Shown here: piece after piece, positions 18,825 to 27,809 of the stretch
Layout of the letters: each line of letters starts with the position of its first letter
Numbering within the stretch: position 1 is the first letter of the stretch
Source of the DNA: a virus
Virus record (IMG/VR): IMGVR_UViG_3300042868_010004
Location: 96,001 to 160,000 of that record
Strand: one strand, 5' to 3'
DNA: 64,000 bases
Position numbers and translations under genes: made by a program
The notes under the pieces: model-generated
What the model was told of the DNA's origin: nothing
The model's input: only the letters and a program-made list of their open reading frames with translations
The model's database searches: none

Positions 18825-19622
18825 ATGAGTTATAAGATCGGCGTCCTCCTTTGCAGTTATTCACTCCCAGAATATATTCACGACTGCCTCCGCCCGTGGA
18901 TTGAAGCCCGGCAAGCCAAACTCGGAGGTCATGAATTTATCATTTCGGCAATTTCCGTCCCATTCAAAGAATATAAGGATAAGGCAGAGGAGGATACGGA
19001 AAGCCCAAAAATTTTACAGGAATACAAAGAGAAAGGCTTGATTGACTATCTGTTCACGGAGCCGAAGTGGGAGGAAGAGAAAGTTGTCCGGAATACTGCG
19101 CTCAATCCGCTGCTGGAAATTGAGAATTGTGACTTCTGTTGGCTGGTCGATTGTGATGAATTTTACCAACTCGTTGAGATTGAACGGATTATGAAATTCG
19201 TAGAGCGGAATCCGCTGACTTGTTGGTTCAGAGGTAACCTTAAGAACTACGTATTCTCGAATAAGGAATTTCTGGCTTTACCTTTTAATCCCGCTCGGAT
19301 TTACCGGACGAAGTATCAGAATTATAAGTTGTATGGATTTCGCTACGATAATGAGATGATCTATCACGGGACTATCACCAGAGATATCAAAGACCATGAG
19401 CAGATGCCGAGTCTGACTATTCCGAAGACCGTAGCCTTCACGCGGCACTACACATGGTTTTCGGATGCGAATAGCAAAAAAAAGTGTGAATATCAAAAGG
19501 GGAGATTTTCTCTTGAACTGTGTTCTTTCCTATGGAATCACAATGAAGATAAATTAGAGTTCAACCCATTGTATTTTAGTAAGTTCGGGAAACCTATCCC
19601 GGAAGTCTGCCGAGAGGATTGA
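18825..19622 (+). CDS. Glycosyltransferase GT-A fold (GT2-like)
   Basis: VRNTAL, WLVDCDEFY (DxD), HYTW. Confidence 0.7.
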   Translation: MSYKIGVLLCSYSLPEYIHDCLRPWIEARQAKLGGHEFIISAISVPFKEYKDKAEEDTESPKILQEYKEKGLIDYLFTEPKWEEEKVVRNTALNPLLEIENCDFCWLVDCDEFYQLVEIERIMKFVERNPLTCWFRGNLKNYVFSNKEFLALPFNPARIYRTKYQNYKLYGFRYDNEMIYHGTITRDIKDHEQMPSLTIPKTVAFTRHYTWFSDANSKKKCEYQKGRFSLELCSFLWNHNEDKLEFNPLYFSKFGKPIPEVCRED

Positions 19623-19698
19623 CAAGACAAGGAAAGGCTTTACACTAGACTCCGAATTAGGGAATCAAAAAGGCGGAAATTCCGTTTTTCGGTTCCTT
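19619..19698 (+). promoter_or_regulatory. nrdJ promoter (TTGACA-N16-TACACT) followed by long 5' leader hairpin
   Basis: AGGGAATC-AAAAAGGCGG/CCGTTTTTC-GGTTCCTT at 19659-19698. Confidence 0.55.
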
Positions 19699-19774
19699 GG
19701 CTTCTGTCGTTTTTGTAAACCTGTTTTCCCTAATTTTTAGTTTTTTAAACCAGTAAATAAGTAAATATTTTATC

Positions 19775-22700
19775 ATGAGTCTTCAAGCATTGTCTGATTA
19801 CGTCGTTTATTCCAAGTATAGTCATTATCTTCCTGAGAAGAAGCGGCGCGAAACATGGGAGGAAATTACGGATCGAGTGTTCGGAATGCATTCTGTAAAA
19901 TACAAGAAGGAACTTGAAGAGAGTAAAGAGTTTGTAGATATGTTTGAGTCTGCTAAAAATGCGGTGAAAAAAAAACGAGTTTTGGGTTCCCAGCGCGCGC
20001 TTCAGTTTGCTAGTCCAGACCCCAAATTTGGTATCCTAAATAAGAACGAAAAGATCTTTAATTGCACGTCTACTCTTGTAGATCGCCCTCGTGCCTTTCA
20101 AGAAATTGGGTATGTTCTTTTGAATGGTTGTGGCGCTGGTTATAGTGTGCAATATCATCATATTGAGAAACTTCCAAATATTAAAAAACCGACCAAGGGC
20201 AAAAAAACATATCGGCCAGTCGATCAGATCGAAGGATGGTCGGAGTGCTGGGGTGTTCTAATTAATTCATTTTTTGAAAACGGTATTTATCCTGAGTATG
20301 AGGGATACGAGATTGAATTTGATTTAAGTGAAATTCGTCCCGCTGGTGCTCTTATTGCTGGTCAATTTAAAGCCCCCGGCCCACAACCCTTAGAAAAATC
20401 TCTAAACAAGATTCGCTCCTTGATTAATTCGGTTCTTGATAGCGGACAGAACCGCTTATCCTCATTAAATGTTCATGATACTATCTGTCATATTGCAGAT
20501 GCGATCATCAGCGGGGGTGTGAGGCGCAGCGCCCTGATCTGTCTTTTCTCGTTGACTGACAAGGAGATGCGCGAGTGCAAAACAGGAAATTGGTTTGAAG
20601 AAAACGCTCAAAGAGGTCGTGCAAATAATTCCGTTGTATTAGAGCGCGGTAAGGTAACAAAGGAACAGTTTGATGAAATTTTTGAGAATATAAAAAGCCA
20701 CGGTGAGCCAGGTTTTTATTTTGTGGATGACGGAGCAATACATCAATCAACAAACCCATGTATGAGATTGGACGCCAAGCTCTTGACAAAAAATGGAATT
20801 AGAGAATTGAAAGATATTTTGGAGGGTGATTACATTTGGTCTTCCGAGGGTTGGACAAAGGTTACAAAAAAATGGAAAACTGGAACTAAAGATGTTTATC
20901 GCTACAAGACAACTTTCGGCTCAATTGAGCTAACAGAAAATCATCTTGTTTTGAGTGAGGGTGATTTGATTGAAGTAGGGCAAGCTGAGTCTCTGGATAT
21001 TTTGAGAGGACCATTTGAAACAGATGTAAAATTAGATAATCAATCAATCATGGATGGGCTTGTTTTGGGTGACGGAACCTACCATAAAGCTTCTAAAACT
21101 TTAATGCTTTTAATCGGAAAGGACGACAAGGACTATTTTGACTCTGAGATAGCTAGCCTGATTATTAATCGCGCGGACTCAATTCAGGACTATGGATGGA
21201 GAGTTAAGACGACCATAACTTCTGACGAGTTATGCTATACCTACAACCGTTCTGTTCCGAATCGTTTCTTATGCGCAAAAAATGAAAAAGTTTGTTCTTT
21301 TTTAAGGGGGCTTTACTCGGCCAACGGAAGCATTTGCGGGAATCGAGTGACCTTAAAAACGACATCTAAAAAATTAGTGGACGATGTTCAATTGATGCTT
21401 TCTTCAATTGGAATTGCCTCTTACTATACAACCAATAAACCATCATTGGTTAGTTTTAGTAACGGGGACTATCTCTGCAAGGAAAGTTTTGACATTAATA
21501 TCTCCAAAGATATTCATAAGTTTTATCAAAAAATTGGATTTTTACAAAAATATAAAAACGAAAAACTTGAAAAAGTAATAAATGAAAGACAGTATACAAC
21601 CAAAAATGAAAGATCCAAAGATATTATCGGGGCTGATTTCGTTTGTCATGAAGATGTGTATGATATTACGGTAGATAATGAAAGTCATACCTTTTGGTGT
21701 AATGGTTTTAACATACATAACTGCTGCGAAATTGGGTTTTGGCCCATCTCAGAAAGCGGACAGTCTGGATTCGGCTTTTGCAACCTATGCGAGATCAACG
21801 GGTTAGAATGCAAGACTAAAGAAGAATTTTTTGAGTTATGCCAGCACGCCGCCTTTATTGGGACTCTTCAGGCGGGCTATAACTCTACCCCTTATCTTGG
21901 CAAAGCTACGGAAGATATTCTTCGCAAAGAAGCACTCCTCGGCGTTTCGGTTACTGGATGGATGGACTCACCGAATACTCTGTTCAACGAGGAAAACCTT
22001 AAAGCTGGCGTTGAAATCGTAAAACAAACAAACGAAAAAGTCGCCAAAATTATTGGTGTAAATCCCGCCGCTAGAACTACCTGCACAAAACCCTCCGGAA
22101 CAGCGTCCTCCGTTCTTATGACCGGATCTGGTATTCACGCGCAGCATTCTCGAAAATTTCTTCGCCGCGCTCAGGTGAACAAAAAAGAATTTGCCGGTAA
22201 GATCATGAAGAGGAAGAATAAGTGCGCGGTTGTTGAATCCGTTTATTCCACAAACAAGACCGATAACGTTATTTCTTTTCCATGTGAGGTAAATTCCGAG
22301 GCTATTGTAAAGGGTGATTTGTCAGCCATTGGTTTTCTTGAAAAGGTTAAACTAGCTTATCAAAGCTGGGTTCTACCGGGAACTTATGCCGACAGGGGTC
22401 TGAATAAAGCTGTGACCCATAATATATCTGTAACTGTTAATGTGGGTGATGATGAATGGGATGGCGCAAGGGATTATATTTTTGAAAACAGAGGTTACTT
22501 TTCCGGAATCTCTCTCCTTTCTCGGCAGGGCGATTTGATTTATGATCAGGCTCCGTTTGCCGAAGTCTTAGATCCTAAAGAACTCGTTGAAAAATATGGG
22601 GATGCTGTTCCTTTGGCGTCGGGATTGATTGTTGATGGATTGCATTCGTTTGATAATCTTTGGGTTGCCTGCGAGACGGCATTAGGGGTTCGAAAAATTG

Positions 22701-23083
22701 ACGAGAAGCCCGATCCCGTTGAGCCCAAGAAGCCGCGCAAATCTCGCGGAATGAAAGAAAAGGAATACACCTCCGCCTTAGCCAATTATGCGATAGAACT
22801 TAATCTTTATTATCAAGCCAAGGGTGAATACGAAACGATTGAGCATAAAAAAGATTGGGTTCGTCGGGCAAAACAGTTTACTGAAAGATATTTTAATAAC
22901 GATATGGTTAAAATGACTTACTGCCTAAAACATGTAAGTTTGTGGAAAGATTGGTTGGATATTAAACGAGAGTGGAAAGATATTGATTGGGCAAATATTA
23001 AGGAAAACGATCAAGAATATGTTGATGCCGATACAATGGCGGGGGCAAGTTGCTCTGGTGGGGCTTGTGAAATTTTAAAGTAA
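19775..23083 (+). CDS. nrdJ: Class II (adenosylcobalamin-dependent, monomeric type) ribonucleotide reductase with intein
   Basis: RRETWEE, FNCT, GGVRRSA, NP[intein]CCEI, CNLCEIN, KPSGT, C-terminal CSGGACEI; no NrdB nearby; adjacent PduO. Confidence 0.85.
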   Translation: MSLQALSDYVVYSKYSHYLPEKKRRETWEEITDRVFGMHSVKYKKELEESKEFVDMFESAKNAVKKKRVLGSQRALQFASPDPKFGILNKNEKIFNCTSTLVDRPRAFQEIGYVLLNGCGAGYSVQYHHIEKLPNIKKPTKGKKTYRPVDQIEGWSECWGVLINSFFENGIYPEYEGYEIEFDLSEIRPAGALIAGQFKAPGPQPLEKSLNKIRSLINSVLDSGQNRLSSLNVHDTICHIADAIISGGVRRSALICLFSLTDKEMRECKTGNWFEENAQRGRANNSVVLERGKVTKEQFDEIFENIKSHGEPGFYFVDDGAIHQSTNPCMRLDAKLLTKNGIRELKDILEGDYIWSSEGWTKVTKKWKTGTKDVYRYKTTFGSIELTENHLVLSEGDLIEVGQAESLDILRGPFETDVKLDNQSIMDGLVLGDGTYHKASKTLMLLIGKDDKDYFDSEIASLIINRADSIQDYGWRVKTTITSDELCYTYNRSVPNRFLCAKNEKVCSFLRGLYSANGSICGNRVTLKTTSKKLVDDVQLMLSSIGIASYYTTNKPSLVSFSNGDYLCKESFDINISKDIHKFYQKIGFLQKYKNEKLEKVINERQYTTKNERSKDIIGADFVCHEDVYDITVDNESHTFWCNGFNIHNCCEIGFWPISESGQSGFGFCNLCEINGLECKTKEEFFELCQHAAFIGTLQAGYNSTPYLGKATEDILRKEALLGVSVTGWMDSPNTLFNEENLKAGVEIVKQTNEKVAKIIGVNPAARTTCTKPSGTASSVLMTGSGIHAQHSRKFLRRAQVNKKEFAGKIMKRKNKCAVVESVYSTNKTDNVISFPCEVNSEAIVKGDLSAIGFLEKVKLAYQSWVLPGTYADRGLNKAVTHNISVTVNVGDDEWDGARDYIFENRGYFSGISLLSRQGDLIYDQAPFAEVLDPKELVEKYGDAVPLASGLIVDGLHSFDNLWVACETALGVRKIDEKPDPVEPKKPRKSRGMKEKEYTSALANYAIELNLYYQAKGEYETIEHKKDWVRRAKQFTERYFNNDMVKMTYCLKHVSLWKDWLDIKREWKDIDWANIKENDQEYVDADTMAGASCSGGACEILK
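20759..21721 (+). mobile_element. Intein (321 aa) with LAGLIDADG homing endonuclease, inserted just before the thiyl-radical Cys
   Basis: C1 CMRLDAKLLT, DGLVLGDG and FLRGLYSANG, VYDITV..HTF..NG..IHN, +1 Cys; splicing restores STNPCCEIG. Confidence 0.9.
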
Positions 23084-23277
23084 TGTCGATCTCCTGTATC
23101 TGCCATAATATCCCCTTAGAGGAAGCCATTCAAAAAGCCCCCTCTTTGGGCGACTTGCAGGCGGCGGGTATTTGCGCCACCAAATGCAAATTATGCGTTC
23201 CGTTCTTGGAAGACCTATTCCGACAGAAAAGCAAAGGCAGACAGACACATAAACAAGAAGAACTTAACCATGCCTAA
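23083..23277 (+). CDS. BFD-like [2Fe-2S] ferredoxin
   Basis: CIC..(~29 aa)..CKLC spacing as in Bfd; TAATG overlap with nrdJ stop. Confidence 0.65.
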   Translation: MSISCICHNIPLEEAIQKAPSLGDLQAAGICATKCKLCVPFLEDLFRQKSKGRQTHKQEELNHA

Positions 23278-23863
23278 ATCTGTAAAATCCGTCGCGACTA
23301 AAACCGGAGATACCGGAACAACCTCCCTGCTATATGGCGAGCGAGTTCTGAAATCAGACAGTCGGATTGAACTAGTCGGTCAGATTGATGAGCTTTCCGC
23401 CTTCCTCGGACTGGCCAAGGCTGAATTAACCGAGTATTTAGCCCGAAATTCAATCTATCTCAGCGTTGAGTCCTGTCCTGTCGCCTACGATGTGATTGAA
23501 ACCTTGAAAGAGGTCCAACTGAAATTCATCGAAATCATGGGTGAAATCGCAACGGAAGATGATAAGAAAAGCCGGTATGAGAAAGGCTTCGGAATCTTTG
23601 ATCTGCCCGACTTGGAAAAACTCGACCGAAGAATCCATACGTTAGAGACCGAATACGATCTCACCCCGACCGATTGGGTTCTGTATGGCTGTAATAAGAA
23701 TGCCGCCGCCTTGGATGTCGCTTCAAAAGTCTGCCGGAGGGTTGAGCGAGTCTTCTGGATGAAAAGCATACATGGGACAACAATCCGGCCCGTTATTTTA
23801 AAATATATCAACCGGCTGAGTGATTATCTTTATCTTTGCGCCAGATTCTTTGAGAAGAAATAA
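23270..23863 (+). CDS. pduO: PduO-type ATP:cob(I)alamin adenosyltransferase
   Basis: ATKTGDTGTT, G.IDELSAFLG, VCRRVER, YINRLSDYLY..AR. Confidence 0.9.
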   Translation: MPKSVKSVATKTGDTGTTSLLYGERVLKSDSRIELVGQIDELSAFLGLAKAELTEYLARNSIYLSVESCPVAYDVIETLKEVQLKFIEIMGEIATEDDKKSRYEKGFGIFDLPDLEKLDRRIHTLETEYDLTPTDWVLYGCNKNAAALDVASKVCRRVERVFWMKSIHGTTIRPVILKYINRLSDYLYLCARFFEKK

Positions 23864-23937
23864 CGGAGAAAGGCGCTTCTAGGACGGATGCTATTAGTGT
23901 AAACTTAGATAAGCAAAAACCGCATAGCCTTTCTCCG
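23864..23937 (+). other. Intergenic inverted repeat / candidate structured RNA
   Basis: Perfect 11-bp stem CGGAGAAAGGC/GCCTTTCTCCG with nested helices. Confidence 0.5.
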
Positions 23938-23941
23938 CTTT

Positions 23942-24643
23942 ATGAAATCGACCGCCACCGTAATTTATCTAAATAAATCCCTTCACTCCAAGGTCAAACA
24001 GGCAGCGAATGAAAAATTTGATAAACCGAGCTATGTCAAGTCTTTATGGATTACCAGAGAGTATAAGAAGCGCGGCGGTAAAGTCAGATATGAGGGCGGG
24101 AAGCCATCCAAGGAATCAATTAAGAAGGCGGTTGCGTCCGAAGGTATCCAGACTTGCGGTTGTCACGTTACGGCCAGTCTGACTTGGGATCAGTATGAGA
24201 CGGAGGAAATCAATGCGAGTCTGGATGAAGAGTTCAGTCCAGTAGAGGGCGAGACCGATAAAGAAGTTTTGTTCGCGGCTCGGTTTTGGGAAGATAATAA
24301 GGAGGATATTTGCAAAGACGAAGAGGGTTTAATTACAGAGTTGGATCGCTCCTCAATGTTTGAAGCCGAAGAATATCTTGCTCTAGCCGAGAAAGAGAGA
24401 AAAACCCTAAACAAACCCTTCCGCACTCCGGGAGAAAGTAAGAAATTCGGCGTTTGGGTTAAAAACGAAAAGGGGAACGTTGTCCTCGTCCGCTTTGGGG
24501 ATAGTGAGCTATCCATAAAAAGGACAAATCCTGAGCGCAGAAAATCCTTTATGGCCCGTCATGGTTGTGATAACCCCGGTCCACGGTGGTCCGCAAAATT
24601 TTGGGCGTGCTGGAGCTGGCGTACTAATACAAAACTACCTTAA
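23942..24643 (+). CDS. Conserved phage protein with two basic domains joined by an acidic linker
   Basis: N: SYVKSLWITREYKKRGG; C: KTLNKPFRTPG..FG..LSIKR.NPERRKSF.ARH.C..FWAC. Confidence 0.65.
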   Translation: MKSTATVIYLNKSLHSKVKQAANEKFDKPSYVKSLWITREYKKRGGKVRYEGGKPSKESIKKAVASEGIQTCGCHVTASLTWDQYETEEINASLDEEFSPVEGETDKEVLFAARFWEDNKEDICKDEEGLITELDRSSMFEAEEYLALAEKERKTLNKPFRTPGESKKFGVWVKNEKGNVVLVRFGDSELSIKRTNPERRKSFMARHGCDNPGPRWSAKFWACWSWRTNTKLP

Positions 24644-24677
24644 ACGTTAGCTCTCATAGTTCTATACTATTTTCATC

Positions 24678-25097
24678 ATGACAAATAATCCCGACCACTC
24701 TCACACATTCAATCCAAACGCGATTGATGTAAAACTAGCCGAAATCCTTCTGCTGCAAAGACTTGACAAAGAGGATCGAGATCGTTGGCGCGCTGAATTC
24801 AACGCAAAGATAGATGGGGTTGACGAAAGACTGAAGAGGGTTGAACAACAATGCCTCCTCACAAACGGAAAAATCATAAAACATACCGGCCAAATTGACG
24901 CCTTGGAAAAAATTAACGAGTTGGAGGAGGCAAGACAGGAAGAGATTGAATCTATCATTTCCACCAAGAAGTTTATCAATAAATGGCTTATCAATAAATG
25001 GTTCATCGTCTTCCTGATTGTCTTGGGCGCGGGAATCCTGAAGGTTATTTCCTCCCCTTGGCTTCAAGGAATACTTCGCCCGCTATCGGGAATTTAA
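24678..25097 (+). CDS. Coiled-coil protein with C-terminal transmembrane helix (holin/XhlA-like)
   Basis: KWFIVFLIVLGAGILKVI hydrophobic segment after heptad region. Confidence 0.5.
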   Translation: MTNNPDHSHTFNPNAIDVKLAEILLLQRLDKEDRDRWRAEFNAKIDGVDERLKRVEQQCLLTNGKIIKHTGQIDALEKINELEEARQEEIESIISTKKFINKWLINKWFIVFLIVLGAGILKVISSPWLQGILRPLSGI

Positions 25098-25133
25098 GGA
25101 AGACTGACAGAAAACGATTATTTTTTTGGATTT

Positions 25134-25174
25134 AACCCCGCCCGGCTTTTAAACTTGGCGGGTTTTTCATTTTT
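25134..25174 (+). terminator. Rho-independent terminator
   Basis: AACCCCGCC..GGCGGGTTTTTCATTTT. Confidence 0.7.
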
Positions 25175-25184
25175 CGGAGGTGAG

Positions 25185-25330
25185 GCAGGATTCCGCCTTG
25201 ACAAGTGAACTACCTTGCCCTAAAGGGCCGTGACTTCCTGCTTCATAGACCCACTAACGCGAGTCTCCACAGGCTTAACTTTCCGACATTCCATCGGTAG
25301 TGAGGTTTTGCCCGAAAGCAAACCAAATTT
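25185..25330 (-). ncRNA. Predicted omegaRNA 3' part of TnpB2 with guide TTGTCAAGGCGGAATCCTGC; 5' boundary approximate
   Basis: Right end CAGGAAGTCACGGCCCTTTAGGGCAAGGTAGTTCAC ending at 25205, same architecture as element 1. Confidence 0.55.
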
Positions 25331-26468
25331 TTTAATATTTATGGCCGCGTTTAAATCACGGTCATGCTTGGTCCCGCAAACGCAGGTCCAGTGTCTATCG
25401 GCTAGGGTTAAGCCATGATTAATTTCGCCACAGCTTGAACAAGTTTTAGAACTGGGTTCAAATCGGCCAATTTTAATCAGATTAATCCCTTTCCATTCAC
25501 ACTTGTATTTCAAAACTTCGTAAAACCGACCGATAGCGACATCTGACATTGCTCTGGCCAATTTCCGATTTTTCATAATGCCCTTTACATTCAAATCCTC
25601 AATACAAATCGTGTCCACTTGGTTATCGTTGACGATTTTTGCCGTGACTTGATGAATGTAATTATTCCGCTGGTTTGTTACTTTTTCATATTGTTTAGCT
25701 AGTTTGATTCGCGATTTGTCTCTGTTCTTGCTGTCCTTTTTCTTTCTTGAGTGCGAGCGGCTGAGTTTTCTTAGTTTTTTGAGTGATTTTTTAAGAAATT
25801 TATTATTTTCAAAGGTCTGCCCATTTGAAATTGTGAGAAAAGTTTTAATCCCGGTATCAATCCCGATGGCGCCGTTTTCGGTTATCGGTTTGAGTTCTGA
25901 TTTGCTATCGGGAGTTTCTACTAAAATTGACGCAAAATATTTGCCAGAAGGAACTTGGGAAATTGTGACCGTTTTGATATTTCCCTCAAAAGTTCTATGA
26001 AAATTGGCTTTAATTTTATTTTCTTTTGTAAATTTCGGTATTTGCAAGTATCCGGTTCCAAAATCGGCCTTGGCGTTTTGCGGGCACTGAAAGGAGTGGC
26101 TATTAAGTTTTTTGCTTTTAAATTTTGGGAAACCTTTCTTTTCTTTGAAAAATCTCTGAAAGGCATTATCCAAGTTCCTTGCCGCCATCTGCAAACACTG
26201 AGAATTTACTTCATTCAACCAAGAAAACTCTTGACTTGCCTTCAGTAAAGTGACACGATTCATTACATCAAAACAACTCAACTTTTCCCTCTTCTCATAT
26301 GCCTTTATCTTCTCTGCCAACCCCCAATTATACATCCAGCGAGCGCAACCAAAATGCTTTGCCAAAAGCACCTTTTGCTCTTGATTTGGGTAAATTTGGT
26401 ATTTAAACGCTTTTAACATCTTCCTATTTATGATTACATATTTTTCTTACAGAAGTGAAAACAACTGT
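25205..26468 (-). mobile_element. IS200/IS605-family TnpA-less element 2; left end not resolved
   Basis: Clear right end; no left-end hairpin seen; nearest TTAC at 26472-26469 used as tentative boundary. Confidence 0.6.
25220..26419 (-). CDS. tnpB: TnpB RNA-guided endonuclease, canonical intact RuvC
   Basis: HTH KAFKYQIYPN, GIDTG, CIEDLNV, SSKTCSSCG..CVCG, DRDLNAAINI. Confidence 0.92.
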   Translation of the reverse strand: MLKAFKYQIYPNQEQKVLLAKHFGCARWMYNWGLAEKIKAYEKREKLSCFDVMNRVTLLKASQEFSWLNEVNSQCLQMAARNLDNAFQRFFKEKKGFPKFKSKKLNSHSFQCPQNAKADFGTGYLQIPKFTKENKIKANFHRTFEGNIKTVTISQVPSGKYFASILVETPDSKSELKPITENGAIGIDTGIKTFLTISNGQTFENNKFLKKSLKKLRKLSRSHSRKKKDSKNRDKSRIKLAKQYEKVTNQRNNYIHQVTAKIVNDNQVDTICIEDLNVKGIMKNRKLARAMSDVAIGRFYEVLKYKCEWKGINLIKIGRFEPSSKTCSSCGEINHGLTLADRHWTCVCGTKHDRDLNAAINIKKFGLLSGKTSLPMECRKVKPVETRVSGSMKQEVTAL

Positions 26469-26505
26469 GTAAAATTTTTTATTTTACTTGCGACCCTTTA
26501 TCCCC

Positions 26506-26808
26506 ATGGCTAAAATTACGAAAATCATTGAAAGCGGGGGATTCTGTCCATTCCAATTAGAAGCGCAAACGGAAGATGGTCGGATGATTTATCTCCGTTA
26601 TCGTGGCGGGCTTCTCCGCTGGGGTTTCGTCGGGAAGGACAGACTTACCCCGGACGAATACGAATTTTCAGCTCAGATAGGGGGCCAGTATGACGGCTCG
26701 GCAGACGATAAGGAATTTAAGGCCGCGCTGAAAGATAGTTTGGAATTCCCTGAGGGTTTTTCTTTTGAAGAGGATTTTCAGGCAGAACAAAAAGATGACC
26801 GAGAATAA
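26506..26808 (+). CDS. Hypothetical protein
   Basis: CPFQLEAQTEDGRMIYLRYRGG pattern of small phage proteins. Confidence 0.6.
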   Translation: MAKITKIIESGGFCPFQLEAQTEDGRMIYLRYRGGLLRWGFVGKDRLTPDEYEFSAQIGGQYDGSADDKEFKAALKDSLEFPEGFSFEEDFQAEQKDDRE

Positions 26809-26811
26809 TTT

Positions 26812-27033
26812 ATGAAAGCCTACAAAATTGAATTAATCATAGTCGATCATGACGAAATCGGAGACCGAGAGGAAATCATCGGACCGATTGAAAACGCGAA
26901 CTATCCCAACGATTGCATCAACCCGCATGTCTTGTCTTTCCGTGAAGCCGACATTGGAGAGTGGTACGATGATCACCCTCTGAATGGTTCGGAAAACTAT
27001 GAAGCCTCTGTTGCAAAATATTTCCCTGAATGA
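26812..27033 (+). CDS. Hypothetical protein
   Basis: DIGEWYDDHPLN pattern; operon packing. Confidence 0.6.
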   Translation: MKAYKIELIIVDHDEIGDREEIIGPIENANYPNDCINPHVLSFREADIGEWYDDHPLNGSENYEASVAKYFPE

Positions 27034-27524
27034 GCAAACCCCTAGTTCCAACTTTCAAGAAAACTCCAGAGCACGATCTTGTCTATACTCCGGATGACTT
27101 AGCCGAGAAGATCGTCCGGCATTTCAACCCGCGAGGTAGAATTTTAGAACCCTGCCGAGGCGGCGGGGCTTTCACGCGGGCGATGCCGAATGCAGATTGG
27201 TGCGAGATACAGGAGGGTCGAGATTTCCTAAGTTGTTCTGGCTTATGGGATTGGGCGATTACTAATCCGCCGTGGTCACAGCTAAGACCCTTTCTGAAAA
27301 AGTCAATGGAAGTTGCCGATAATGTCGTTTTCCTCTGTCTGATTAATGCGTTTTTCATGCGGGCAAGAATCCGTGATATGGAGCAAGCAGGTTTCGGCTT
27401 CCGCGAGATTGTTTTTCTGGACACCCCGAAAGCTCCATGGCCCCAGACCGGCTTCCAACTGGGCGCAATTTTCATTCAGAGGGGCGCGACTGGACCGGTT
27501 AAATTTAGCAAGTTGGCTGATTAA
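27030..27524 (+). CDS. Small N6-adenine DNA methyltransferase
   Basis: YTP, LEPCRGGGAF, ITNPPW. Confidence 0.8.
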   Translation: MSKPLVPTFKKTPEHDLVYTPDDLAEKIVRHFNPRGRILEPCRGGGAFTRAMPNADWCEIQEGRDFLSCSGLWDWAITNPPWSQLRPFLKKSMEVADNVVFLCLINAFFMRARIRDMEQAGFGFREIVFLDTPKAPWPQTGFQLGAIFIQRGATGPVKFSKLAD

Positions 27525-27527
27525 TTT

Positions 27528-27773
27528 ATGAAAGATAAGACAAAAACAATTCAGCAACACGAATGGCTCAACCAAGCGATTCAATACGGCCTTTCCGTCG
27601 AGCCTTTCGTTCCGGCCCGTCTGCCCTTGGTCGATCAAATACTGAAATTGCATTCAAAATGGGAGAAGAACGGCGGAGATAAACAAACCGGCCTTCTTAT
27701 CCTCCGTCAGGCAATCGGGGTGACCGAAATGTATAATACTCCAATTTACACGGTCGGGCAGAAGAAAAAGTAA
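27528..27773 (+). CDS. Hypothetical protein
   Basis: Operon packing. Confidence 0.55.
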   Translation: MKDKTKTIQQHEWLNQAIQYGLSVEPFVPARLPLVDQILKLHSKWEKNGGDKQTGLLILRQAIGVTEMYNTPIYTVGQKKK

Positions 27774-27809
27774 TTGACAAGAATAGAGAAAGGTTTATAA
27801 GATAGAATT

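Noticed and set aside
19647-19774. Cobalamin riboswitch upstream of nrdJ
   Set aside because: AGGGAA and a GGCGGAAATTCCG hairpin resemble the start of one, but the ACTG(T)/GCCACTG/GGGAAG core elements are absent
3114-25174. Similar CCCGCC..TTTTAA..GGCGGG hairpins at 3114-3151 and 25134-25174 as a MITE or repeat family
   Set aside because: Both sit at gene ends followed by U tracts and are explained as intrinsic terminators
25220-26419. TnpB2 as a nuclease-dead TldR repressor of promoters
   Set aside because: All three RuvC acidic residues and the zinc finger are intact; promoter matches lack the TTAC flank inferred for this end type
26419-26505. Left end of TnpB2 element at TTAC 26472-26469
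   Set aside because: No AAAG-guided hairpin follows and the rejoined empty site does not rebuild a clean -10, so boundary is only tentative
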